A DNA stretch of 63,819 nucleotides, counting the filler, from Conidiobolus incongruus B7586 (taxonomy: Eukaryota): assembly GCA_000697335.1 (NCBI GenBank). It is 7 parts of 7 records of this genome, joined end to end, with 100 filler letters (N's around TTAATTAATTAA, not from the genome) between each part and the next. Parts side by side here need not be neighbours in the genome. Positions count along the whole stretch, not along the records: positions 34,273 to 44,682 come from JNEM01000182.1; positions 44,783 to 53,022 come from JNEM01000184.1; positions 53,123 to 62,011 come from JNEM01000185.1; 4 more parts are not named here. One strand, given 5' to 3'. The translations under genes and the position numbers were made by a program. Under the pieces are notes generated by a model. It was not told where the DNA came from and did not search any database. It saw nothing but the letters and a program-made list of their open reading frames with translations. Below, piece after piece: positions 41,191 to 54,260 of the stretch (position 1 is the first letter of the stretch; each line of letters begins with the position of its first letter).

Positions 41191-44100
41191 CTTTTTATCA
41201 TCTTCAAAACCTTTCTTATATACCTGTTTAACATTTAAACAGAATATATCAAAATCTCAAATATTTGCTTAATGAAATTTAATCATAAATCTCAAGTACC
41301 AAATAGCATTTCTTAATAGACATTCTACTTTTTATCTCATTCTTAAATATGTTTTGTTTTTTAGATGATTGAAACTATTATTTGGCTTTGATTATTGAAA
41401 AAATGTCACAACTATGATGAAGATATTTTATACAATCTAATTTAAAAAAATATTACTTATTACTTTACCAATATTGATCATTATTTAACCAATTAAGCTT
41501 GATATCAGTTTTAAAATTAATTCCAGATATATTGGTTTAATCTGAATATAATTCAACGATTTGATTGTATATTATTGACCCATCTAAATTCATTTACTTT
41601 GAACTATTGGAACATTAAATGGTCTATATATCAATATTGTCAACCTATTGTTCTCTTATATATGAACATTTTAATCATTATTTTTTTTATCAATAATTGG
41701 AATTTTCTTGTTCTAATTAAATTCTAATCATATAGTTAAAAAATAACTAAGTATTATTTAATAAATTCACTAATGTATTATTCTAAATAAATATTAATAC
41801 AAAAATATAAAATTATTATTTAATTTTTTTAAAATTAGAAATGCATTATGATTAATCATGCATATATTTATATTAATCCATGAAATAATTCAAATGATTT
41901 TTTATAGGCAGTATATTTGGCTCTTGGCATCGATTGTAGCTATTTACAATCTGTATCTTAAGATATTTTTATCACAAAAATTCTCTGTATATCGTTGTTA
42001 ATATCTTGTTTAAAGCATCATGTAAATCAACATATATAACTATTCATTACATAAAGAAACAATGAATTTTTCTTTCAACAAATTGATTTTAGGATTTTCA
42101 TTTAATCCTAATTGTGTAAGTAACTTTGATTACGTCATTATATTTTATTCTTTTATTTATCTTAAATATATAATACTAATTTTAACCATTTTGGGATCGA
42201 ATAATAATAAAACATTTATATTCTTTATGAATATACACCCTTGAATTCATTAAATAATACTTTATTTGAAATGTTAATATCATACTATCAAAGCAGCAAT
42301 ATTTAATCAAAGCCATTATCAATAATTAATATTTTTTTAAATAATTCTCATCCAATACATCAATTAGATTCCCTATTTTAATATAAATAAAGTGTATATT
42401 TACATCCATTACTTTTTAAATTGTTGATAAAAATAGATTATAATTTAAATAATAAAAATTTTTAATTTTAAACACACATGAATATTTAACATCATAAAAT
42501 TCGAAAATTTTTGATGTTAATATTGTTTTTCTGGGATATTAATTGAATTTAAACTTAAATAATACCTCATGATATATCATATTTATTTATAATTTAATAT
42601 AAGTAATAAACTTTTTAGCCAAATAAACAAGAATAGATGTTAAAAATATATAATGAAACCATATAATAGACATGGGTACAAATAATCCAAAACGAGATAT
42701 TCTGGTATCATAAGCACATTTTATTCTTATATACAAGTTATTTATATCCATAATCAATGAACTATAAAAGTTATTGCTATGATTATATATTATTTAATGA
42801 GTAAAGTTGCATCTTTTGATTAATAGTACTTTATTGAAATAACTAGTTTGAAATTGATTTAATATATCATAAATTATCTTCAATGTAATTGTAGTTTATT
42901 ATATTCAGATCCAATTTCAATTATTTTGTATATATAAATACTCGATAATGATATAGCAATTTTTATATATTTAAGGAATCAAAAATTCTAAATCAAAATA
43001 AACTTCCAACAAGGTATATTAAAGATTTTAAACTAAGAACAAGTATTAATAAATTATAATAAATTTAACTTTATCATGATAAATGATAATTTATAATTTT
43101 TTTAAACAAATTTGTATAAAGTTGCATATATTGAAAATATTATATATTAGTAAATATTACCATTATGTAATAATTCCAATGTATATTACAAATGATTTAT
43201 AATTAATATAAAATAATATTAAAAACTATTATAATATTCTGAAAAAAATATACTTAAACATATTTAATATTATCATATTATAACGCACCAAGGTAATCAT
43301 ATTACACTCATTATCTACACAATTTGTATTTGAAATATATTTATTAAATTTCACTATAATTTTTTTCAGAAAATAGAAGCAAGGGTATTTTTCTCCTTTT
43401 TGGAGATTTATAATTATTCTTTTTGATATTCTCTTGCTTTCTAAAATTTTCCAATATGTAATATATTTCAAATCTTATCAAGCTGTGAAGTTTTTAGATT
43501 TGATATAATAATATTAAGAATTACATTTAAATATATTTATTTAATATAAAATAGCAATAGCATATGAAAGTTTGATTGATATATTAAATTTGAAAACCTG
43601 TTGTTATAGTTAAAATTATATTATCAGAATATTTGATATTAAAATTATTAAAATCACTATTAAAATTCATTTATATTATTTATATAATTTTTTTTTCAAT
43701 CTTACATTTTTCAATTTTGGAAATTAATTCAAATATATATGATTTTATTATTTAGCAACTTTAAATTTCTTGTATTTAGTAATATATTTGTATATATAGT
43801 TTCTTATTTATTTTAATTTATATTCAAGAATTTGATATTCAATATATAAATGTAAATATATGATTTTAAATACTAATCGTTGAAACATTACTAAAGAGAT
43901 TAAATAATCTCAAAGTTTTAATACCCAAATTTAAATTTTACAATATAATTCACAAAAATAACTAAATAATATAAAGTTAATACTAATTCTTTTAAAATTG
44001 ACACTTTAATATATCTTTAATTAACTTTTAATAACTTAACAATTCTTTTTAACAAAGTTGAATATTTGAAATTTTATAAATTAATTAAATTTGATTATAA

Positions 44101-44682
44101 GGATTTTCTTACTTGCAAATATATTTTTGAATAACTAAAGCGTTTATAACTATATAAGTTATAATATGGTAAATATACTAGAAATAATAATTTTTTCTAT
44201 TAATTATTTGTAAAATTTTTTTATAGCTTTATCTTTATATATTTAATACTGATTTTGCCAATTAATAAATATCTTTAATTTAAAATAAAAACACTTATAG
44301 GTATAATGATAATAAAACTAATATAGTATAAAGGAAGACTTAATATAAAAGTAACGTGGCCTTTAGTGTGGTACCAATAATGTAGCAAGGTGAAGAAAAT
44401 GTAAACAAAGTTTAACTAAGCTTTGTAAATAAATAAACCAACATTGATAAATTATGGTTTATATTAGATAGTACCAATATATTATAATATTGCCAGACTA
44501 TAGTTTTAATTTCAAAAATAATAGAAAAATTAAAAAAACTAGTTTATTAAATAATTTAATATTATTTATATAATTAATTTTTAAATAAATTAACTAAATG
44601 GAAATATATACAAATATATATAAGAATTTCAAAAATTCATTTTTTAACAAAATAATATAAACCTTATTATAAATTAGGTTAT

Positions 44683-44782
44683 NNNNNNNNNNNNNNNNNN
44701 NNNNNNNNNNNNNNNNNNNNNNNNNNTTAATTAATTAANNNNNNNNNNNNNNNNNNNNNNNNNNNNNNNNNNNNNNNNNNNN
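44683..44782. other. Assembly linker
   Basis: N44-TTAATTAATTAA-N44. Confidence 0.97.
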
Positions 44783-45766
44783 TCTATTAAAAATATTTTG
44801 TTTATTATTTTATTAAAAAAGTTGAAAAAACTAATAATATTCCTATACTGATTAATTTTAATAATAATAATTAAATAATATTTAAAATATTAATCAAACT
44901 ATTAATATATATAAATATATTAATAATGGAATTATGTGATTTTAATTAAAAATATATAATATTATTTATAATTAAAAAATTGATCAAATAATTTAAAAAT
45001 AGATAATCAATAAGGTTATATATAAAAAATCAAATTCAAATTGATTTTATTAATAATTTTAATAATATAAATATTTTAAATTAATTAAATTTAGAATAAT
45101 TGATAAAATTAATAAAACTGAATAAGCGTATTAAGACATAATATATTTAAATATAAAATAAATAATTATGAAAAAATATCAAATTATATAATTAATTAAT
45201 AGATTTTGAAATATTTTTAACTATAAATGAATATTTTAATAAACATTATAAAAATGATATATATCTTAAACTAATTTGATTTTATATATAGTTTTTTAAA
45301 ACCTATTAGGTAATAATCCCATTTTGTTAATTAAATATTATTTTAATAATAATAGGAATCATTTAACTCAATATTAGAAATATATTAATTTATATTAAAT
45401 AATATAATGATTAGATTTCTAAAATTATTCTGAAATAGACCTGGTAAATATCAAGATTAAAATTATTGAAATTAATTAAAACAAAATAATATTAATTATA
45501 TGAATTTTTAAATCTAAAATTCAAATTTTAATAAAAATATTGATTAATTTTATAAATCAGGTAAGAATAATTTGTATAGTTATATTATATAAGTTTAAAA
45601 AATATTAAAATATTTTTAATAAATATAATGAAACTATCAAAAATAAAATAAAAATGAAACACTTAATTGGGATCATTTCATTCTAATTAAAAAATTTTGA
45701 TTAAGACTACTAGAATTAACAAAAATGAATAATTAATGAATAAATATAAATCCCATATTCTACGAT

Positions 45767-46477
45767 TTATTTGATAGGTTTAGAATTTTCACTAGGGGTT
45801 AAATATTTTTTCATTGCAAAAGCATTTTCACCGTCTGCATAATATTTCTTTTCAGTGTTGTAAATTTCAAATTTTAAGGTATCTCTGTAGAGACTTAAAG
45901 CGGCACGATTGGTCACACGTACGTGAAGAGTGACATATTTGGCTCCGAAAATGTCTACCATAGATTGTTCTAAATATGGAGTTAATTATTGGATGAGTGA
46001 TGTATTATTAATGAAATTTACGTGATTGGTTCATTAATTTTTCGGCAATACCCAGGCGACGATAGTTTCTCATTACTGAAAGTGATGTAATATGACCGTG
46101 AGGTGGTTCATTACCTTCTTCTTCCCTAAATTATATAAAATTTATTATTTAATTGATTTATAAATTAACATAATTTGAAAAAATACATCTTAGCTAAAAC
46201 ATAACCAACGATACGTCCCTTATGGTCTTCAGCGACCCAAGTGAGCTGAGGCCATGATAAAGCATGATACATATCTAAAAAAATCATCAGTATTTTTATG
46301 TTAAATATTGACATTTTAATTACAATATTTCATTTGATAGTTTTCTGGTAAATTAGTTAAATTGGTTTTTTGAATTTCCAATAAATCTTCACACTAAATT
46401 CCCATTAAATAAATTAATATTTTTTAAGTTTTATTATATATTATATTATTAGTTACAGTTGCTTGACGAATATTCAT
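45767..46477 (-). CDS. NAA10: NatA N-terminal acetyltransferase catalytic subunit (Ard1), 5 exons
   Basis: Spliced [97 protein letters not shown]; four GT-AG introns. Confidence 0.97.
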
Positions 46478-46656
46478 TTTGGTATAAATCAATAGTAATT
46501 AAATTGATTAGGAACTTACTAAAATGACACCCAATTCCAAAAATTTAAATCATGGACCTTATCAGTAACAACTTATGGGATAATATTAAATTATAATTTA
46601 TTTTAATCAAATATAGGTTAACAAATTATTTATTAAACTGAATGCAAAAGTAAAAG

Positions 46657-48421
46657 TTAGTTAGCTTGAGATAATACTTCAGCAATAGGTAATTTATCTT
46701 CGTATTGAGTTTGCCTAAATTATTCACTTCAATAAAAAAATTAAAAAATAAAATATTAACTTGAAAAACTTACCATTGCACCATAATCTCCACTAACTTG
46801 GCAACCTTATCCTTCAATTTGATATTCTCATCCTCGAGATTGTTCAATCTTGTCAATTCAATTTCTGGATTCAATCCCGTAGAAATATCCTCAGTCTCTA
46901 TATCTTTTTGTTTAATAGTTTGCAATTCCGATTCCACAGCTTGTAACTTGACTTTCAACTCTTTCACCTGCTCTCTGAAGTTTTTGAGCTTGGAATTGAG
47001 TTCATTCTCCCACTTCACGTGGTTCGACTGTCGATTCTGAGTCTCTACCAAGTTTCGGTCCAGCTTTTCCCGTAGGGACTTGTTCTCTTGTTGAAGAGAT
47101 TTGAGCTGGATGAATACTTGATGGTGGTCGCCTTCGCGCACACTTGCGGGCAGGTGATCCAGATGCTTGCGACGCAGATGATGTGTGAGATGGTATACGT
47201 AGAATGGTAAGGATTTGTAATGTGGGGATGATTTGACAGTTTGATTTAAAATGGCCTCTGGTGGTGCATTGTATTTGAGAAGGGCTTGTGTGACAATAGT
47301 AGTGGGATCTTGCTGTGCCACTTGGTCAAGTTGGGCCAATTCCTCCTCCCACGTCATGGTTAAACTATTGGGGTGAATAGTATGTTGAAGTAATAATGAT
47401 TTTAAAGAAATAGACTCATCTAAAGGTTGTTTTTCATTGATTATTTTGTCATTTGATTCATATTCTAAACTTTGTTCAATTTGTTTAATATGACTCTCAT
47501 CTTTGACAATTTCGATAAAATTGAGAGGGATAAATTCGTATAAAATTGTGAACATTGGAGCATAATGGAATTGAATGAGAATATGCAAAAGTGGAACTAA
47601 TTGAGACTTTAATTTCTGAGCTAGATAAGGGATTGCTAAAGTAATCAATTCTAAGCTTGGTTCAACATCCCAGTCAGGAGTAGGAGGATTCTGAATTTGC
47701 TGTTAAAACCAAGTTGAATAAAAAACCAAAATGACTTACTTTAACAGTATCCATTACATCATTTAAAATATCGTGATAAACCAAATTAAAAATAACATCA
47801 GGCTATGAAAATATTTTAAATAATAAATATTTAGAAATTGAATAAATGTAATTACCTGATTAGTAAAAAATTTTAAAAATAATTTAATTCCTTCAATAGT
47901 TTTAATACTAGGTCTCAAAATTGGTAATAATTTCTAGATTGAAAATCAGATAAATTTTAAATAGAATATAATTGAATACTTGCCTCACACTGAGTTACCA
48001 ACAATCTCTCCAAAGCCAAATAACCCAATTGTCTATCGAGAGATTTCTCGCCCGAGTCCAAAGATTTGCGACCGAGGACCATATCGACAAATTGGGTTAA
48101 GAGTGAGGGGTCGTCAATATTCTTTTGAAGCCAATTCACTGCTGTTGAAAGTCCCCAATCGCCTTGGAGAAGAGGCCACCACCCTAACCACAAGCGATGA
48201 CCCAAGAAAGGCAGTAGATCAGGAAGTAAGTTTGTGAATTTGGGTGCGAGATTGGGGCACGCTTCCATTAAACATAAATGCAAGCGGTCCAAGTATTTGG
48301 GATTCTTGAGCCAAGTATCGGGCAAAGTCACGTCCAAATCGGCAATTTGGTCATCTGTAAAACTATCCAATTTACTTAAAAAATCTTTAAGTTGGTCGGG
48401 GTGTGATGGAAATTGTGTCAT
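46657..48421 (-). CDS. TSC1: Hamartin / TSC complex subunit 1, compact (~520 aa), 5 exons
   Basis: Hamartin-type motifs FTILYEFIPLNF (cf. F..LYG.YP.NF) and HTIHPNSLTMTWEEEL (cf. H..HP.L.T....EL), then HHLRRKH and a C-terminal coiled coil. Exons 48421-47984, 47933-47856, 47802-47740, 47699-46774 and 46714-46657 stay in frame. Confidence 0.7.
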
Positions 48422-49743
48422 TTTAGTATTATATTTTGTATGTATATTGTTAATTCATAAGTTTGAGTGTAGAGGAAATTGGGAATAAAAAAATAATTGG
48501 ACTAAATTCTTTAAAATTTGATTAAATATTTTAATTGTTTAAGATGATGTATTGTGAAAAATGAAATCATACTATATGATCAAATTTTGAATTCAATATC
48601 AAATTATTCATTACCCTCATTTTTCTTGGTTACAATTTTCTAGTATGAAATATTAATAATAAATTATGGGCTAACTATGAACTATAGTTTAGTTTCAATA
48701 TATATATTAACCAAATAATAGAAAAAAATTATTATTTTATATATAAATCCTTTTCTAAGAAATAATTCGATCGTTTGGATAGTAAATGTATATTTTAAAA
48801 AATAATTTATATATTTTGTATATGTTCTAAACAAAAGAGTTGGACTAAAGAATCAATTCAAAATATCATGATTTCATCATATATAATATAATTGTCAAAT
48901 ATAAAACTCTGGTAATGATCATTGTTTTTGTTACCAAATAGCCTATTATAAACATTATGACATAAATATGGAAAATCTATTGAATTTCCACTGTGTGTTC
49001 GATTCTATAATATAAAATTTGAAATTTGAATTAAATGAGCTATATATGATAATCAGAAAATAACTTTCATTTATTAATGTCATAGTAAATTTTTCTACTT
49101 AGAAAGCAATAATAAAAGATAATATAAATAAAGTTTAAAACTATAAATTCTCCCATTTTAATTACATAAAATTTATTATTTTAAATACTTATAATATATT
49201 TGAAAAGTCAAAACATTAAAAGAATTGCCATCCCTCTCTTTTTGAATTAAAGATACAAATTCTAAACCAATCAATTTCCATATGTTTTTGCTTATAATTT
49301 ATACTAAGGAAAATTAATTTTTTAAACAAAGTGTAAACCAACTTTACCACCAGATTTTAATTTCTTTTAAAATTTCAATTCATATATATATATATATATA
49401 CTTTATTATAATAATTTTTAAAATTATTTACAATTAATCTTCGTTTTGTAAATATTATAAAATTGTAATGTTTAATATTTTTTTCATTCAATTTTATAAA
49501 ATTTGAATTATTTAGTTAACTATACACTACATACTATATATTTATCAAATATTTTTTAATTCATACCAAAATATTTATAGGATATTGATTATATGAGTTT
49601 CATCAATCATTAATGATCAATATCAAAATCATATATTAAAAATCGTGAATCAAAGAAAGAATTCTTAAATTAATTATCATTTTTAAATTAATTAACACTA
49701 TATTTTAAGAATAATCTATTCAATTATTACCTCTAACAAAATA

Positions 49744-50938
49744 TTACAAATTTTTCTGTTTAACCCAATAAAATCTATATCCCAATACACTATTCTCAGC
49801 GGTACATTCTCCAATTAGTTCAGGTGTTGTCAACTCGCTCAAGGGATCGTTACGTCCTTCTAAACTCTCGAGATCTGTCAATCCCACAGTGAGGAACCAA
49901 TGCCAATCAGCGTCACGGGGCGGTGTTTGTAAGCTGACTTGACCTACAAGGTGCAAGCATTGTTGGAGTTGGGATTCGAATTCAATAGTATCTTTAATAT
50001 GGCTGTAGCGTACGGGGACGCAGAGGAGTGCGAGACCGTCAGATTTTAAGAGGTATCTAACAACTCTTGGGACAGATTGAGCATGTTGGAATTGGTAAAG
50101 GACGTCAGCTGCGTAGATCGTGTCAAAAGAATTTTTAAGATTTGTCCATTCTTTAGCTAAACCCTCAGGCTCTGAGGATTCTGAGGGATTCCAAGTTTGA
50201 AACCAATCCCAATTCAATTCTCTAACGTCAACATTATTCGTACCGTTTAATTCCGCATTGCTGTTAGCATTCGATAGTACTGATGGATGGTAATCCGTTA
50301 AACAGTGACTCTGATTCGGGTACAATTTGGCACTTGTTAGACCTACCATACCAGTACCACATCCAAGTTCTAGGAAATTACCAAATCTTTTGGGTTGATA
50401 CTTCACTAACCAACTAAAAAACATTTAAAATCTAGCAAAAATAATGTAGAGATAAATTACTGTGCAAGATAGATGCCAGCAGGCCATGTTTTCCATCCCA
50501 AATCCGCCTCAGCGAAGCTCGGTTCTTTAAGCTTTAATTGAAAGTTTTCACCGATATCGAATTGTATGAGTTTGGGACCTTGAGCTAAACAATTACAACT
50601 ACATTAGAATTATTACTGTATAAAAATGGTAATTGAACTAATTTACCTGATTGACCACTCAACAAAGCTATAAAACTTCCCATCAATGCGCACACTTCAT
50701 CCCCCGACAACGAGCCGACACCCGTAGCTCCATGAAGATCAATCACTCGTAAAAGCCAGTTGATCCAGCTTTTCTTGGGACTTCGGAGAAGTTCGAGACT
50801 TGTATCAAGTTGGAATTGTTTAGGATTAGATTGAATATGGTTTAATACTGAAATAACATTGAGAATATGTTGAGGGTTTTTGGGATATTGAAGTTCTAAA
50901 ATGAAATTAGAAGTTGGATCGAGATCTGATGAATCCAT
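49744..50938 (-). CDS. Seven-beta-strand protein-lysine methyltransferase (Methyltransf_16 family, Efm2-like), 3 exons
   Basis: LKEPSFAEADLGWKTWPAGIYLA, motif I FLELGCGTGMVGL, LTDYH, LNW and FDTIYAADVLY (DXXY). Introns 50585-50646 and ~50414-50460. Confidence 0.88.
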
Positions 50939-51329
50939 TGGAATATTTTGTTGATTTTTGAAATTGCTAAATATATATATTTTAAGTGTATTAAATTAAA
51001 TTAAATTAAATTGAATTGAATTGAATTTCAAAATTTATTAAAATGAGGATTTCGCGAAACTTTCAATCTAATATAAATTATAAAATTCAATCGATATTTT
51101 ATGGGAATACAATACAAGATAATTAATCAAGTTTTATCAAAGTTTTTGAAAAATTTTGAGGTAGTGTAATTATTTGTAGAGACAAGTTTTCAATTTCAAA
51201 TTCTCTAAAGCAAAGCCGGTATTTTCTTTTACATAAATTGAAGATATTAAATATAAATACCAAAATTGAGCTTATCAGTCGACAATTGAAACTATATATT
51301 ATATACATTTCTGAATAATGGGTAAAGTT

Positions 51330-52290
51330 GATCAAACATCCTTAATCAAAATTTCATAAATATTGAATCGATCTTGCAACAAAATCTATCAAGATTTGGT
51401 GAAAATATATGGAAAGAAAGCTGTATCTTTTGGCAGTATTTGTCATTGGATCAATATGCCTAGCAAAGGGCAATACTCCATCAAAGACAAGCCTAAAATT
51501 GGCTGCCAAAACACAGCCACTATTAAAAAGAATATTAAAAGAATCTCTATTTATTATCCAACGATATATCTAGAAGATTGAATAGTAATCATAAGTCTAT
51601 CCAATATATATTGAAAAGAGATCTTTATTAAAAAATCTAAATGGATATCTAATGATATAATAGTCTTATAAACGAAATAAAATGCAAGTATAACAACTCA
51701 AAGTTTTAATAAACAAAATTCTAGGATATTGACAAAAGTTATTGATATTGCTAAAAGCTGAAATTAATTTTATACATCATTAGCATAATAAATATCTAAA
51801 GTATGAGTCTCAATTCTTTAAAAAACTGAAATCGTCCATAAAAAGAATTTGAATTATTAATACGAATTTTAAGTGAATTTGCTTCAAGCTATTCTTAATT
51901 GTAACAATTAGAGTGATATGTTTTTAGTATATTTTTCGACAGAATCATGACAAAAAGGTGGTTACTTTGACGGATTCAATGATCTCTTAATTTTTCATTA
52001 TAATGTCAAGCTATACAAATCAAAAATTGTCAGATTTTATTAGATTAAACGGCTAGATTCTATTACCACACCTACCATATGTTTCAACTATATACCCTTA
52101 TGATTTAAAGGATTTTAGACTAATAAATAATATCTATGCTTAAAAGCAATATTAAAACTTCAATGATATCAATTCAAAATTAATAAGCTAATTATACTAG
52201 CTAACAAATAAGTGGTTTAAAATGGGGTTAGATAACCTCCAAAAGATTAAATGTATTTTATTAAATAAGGGTAACTATTATTTGTTTTAA
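51330..52290 (+). mobile_element. Degenerate Tc1/mariner (mariner-type) transposase relic
   Basis: IYQDLVKIYGKKAVSFGSICHW..GQYSIKDKPKIG resembles the mariner HTH (I...L...YG..A.S...V..W...F..G...L.D.PR.GRP). Decayed HDN- and HPPYS-like segments near 52000-52100. Many stops; TIRs not resolved. Confidence 0.65.
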
Positions 52291-53022
52291 AGATATATTA
52301 TTTATTAATACTTATTGAGTGAAATTTGAAATATGTATTTTAAAATTTTTTAAAAAAATTATCTCAAGGATTTAATAATTAACGGAATGATTATAAGATA
52401 TAATATTGATTCAAATAAAAATTTGACTAAATTAAAGATTATTTTGGTTCAGAAAGAAAAAAATGACAAATTTTTCAAATATATTCCTAGTTTTGAAAAT
52501 TTAATTTTATGTAAATTATATACAAGAATGAATATTCTCATATTATACATATAAATCATTTATAATTGATTTATTGCCAAAATTATTTTAGTTAAAAGAT
52601 TAAGGCTGAATTTAATTATAAATGAATTAAACTATGATTATCCAAAGCTTTTTATTTTAATATCACTTAAATTCAATTATAAACCTTCTAAAATGATTTA
52701 ATATTTGCAAATAGCCTATAAAAATTAAATTTTATCTAAAACTAAGATTTATTATTAAATTTTTTATTTTAAAATCAAAAAAAAATATATTCAAAATTTA
52801 TTTATATTTAGAAAATTAATTAATATTATTATTTTTTCATTTATAAATCAAAAATAATATATTAGAAGATATTTTTTGTCTTAAATAAAGAATTAGATTA
52901 TTAACTTAATATTAATCTATTAAATATATTATATATATTAAAGTTTTAACTTGATATAATTAATTAAAACATATAAAACTTATATTAATATTAAACCAAA
53001 GTTTAAAAAGACTAAAAACCTA

Positions 53023-53122
53023 NNNNNNNNNNNNNNNNNNNNNNNNNNNNNNNNNNNNNNNNNNNNTTAATTAATTAANNNNNNNNNNNNNNNNNNNNNN
53101 NNNNNNNNNNNNNNNNNNNNNN
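53023..53122. other. Assembly linker
   Basis: N44-TTAATTAATTAA-N44. Confidence 0.97.
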
Positions 53123-54051
53123 ATTTAGTTGAGAATTATTTAAGTTATAGGTAAATATATAAATGATTTTTATTTTATGACTTATTTTTGCGAGTTAGTG
53201 TATATATATATTAAACTCAATAAATAAATATTCATAAAAATAATAATATAAGCTATTTATAATTTAATTTAAAATTTAATATACAATATTAAACTCTAAT
53301 ATATAGAGTACAAATAGTAATATATTATATATATTAATTTATTAACTAAATAAAATAAATAAGCTTAAATATTTTAAATTAGATTTTTATAGTTAATTAA
53401 TTAATTTTGTATTAATAGTTTGATTTAATTTATTAATATTCAATATATATTTACCAATTTTGTTAATATAATAAAAAATTCAAAAAATATTATTTTTACT
53501 GATGATTTAATAAATATGGAATTTTGATTCTTTTATTCGTATTGTAAAGTCAATAAAAATAAGATGATTAGGTTATTTTGATAATTTTGACTGATATATT
53601 GATTATTAGATGAGGAGGGATAATAATATAAAATTTATCAAATTTATTTATACAAAAGTAAAGATTATAAATTATTGTTCAAATATCAAATTATACATAA
53701 CAAAAAATTATCATAATTTTTTATCAATAATGATTATTATTAAAATATTTAGTTCAAGAATTATGAAAACTAATTGTTTAAATATTAATTGTAGTTTGAT
53801 TTCGATATAAGGTAAAAGTATATTTAATATAATTTATGATATTTAACATCGTTACAAATTCATATTCTATATATTATTAATACCCATAATCATAATAATC
53901 AAAAGTATTTATTATAAAAAAATATCAATATAGAATTCTTTTGATAAAAAATTATTGAATGATATTATATTGAGCATTAAAAATTAAAACATGACTTTTA
54001 ATTTGAATTATATCAAAAAATTATAAACTTGGATCTATATTTATAATTTTC

Positions 54052-54260
54052 TGTAATGGATCAGATCACTTTGTCGCCATGGAAGAAATCATGACACCAT
54101 CAATCACTTCTTCTTGCCTTATCTTATCTTCTTTCTCTACTTTATTTTATCTTATCTTATTTTATCTTTGAGCTATTATCAACTTTTACATATAAAAATG
54201 GGAAACATTGTCAAATAAACAAGCTTTTCACATTCTTTACTTTGAAATAACTCGTTCACA
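54052..54260 (+). mobile_element. Candidate solo LTR
   Basis: A GC-richer 209-nt island beginning TGTAA and ending TTCACA, with internal TATAAAA then AATAAA. No matching target-site duplication seen. Confidence 0.3.

Noticed and set aside
41330..42250. Decayed membrane-protein gene downstream of U2
   Set aside because: Hydrophobic frames are expected in T-rich DNA; no family motif recognised.
46798..48488. Plus-strand ORFs 46798, 47980 and 48234, and similar overlapping ORFs at 7798, 14084, 32120, 39507, 57361, 57506 and 58216
   Set aside because: Antisense or off-frame shadows of real genes.
50521..50560. Frameshift in methyltransferase exon 2
   Set aside because: Careful reading gives an open frame GENFQLKLKEPS.
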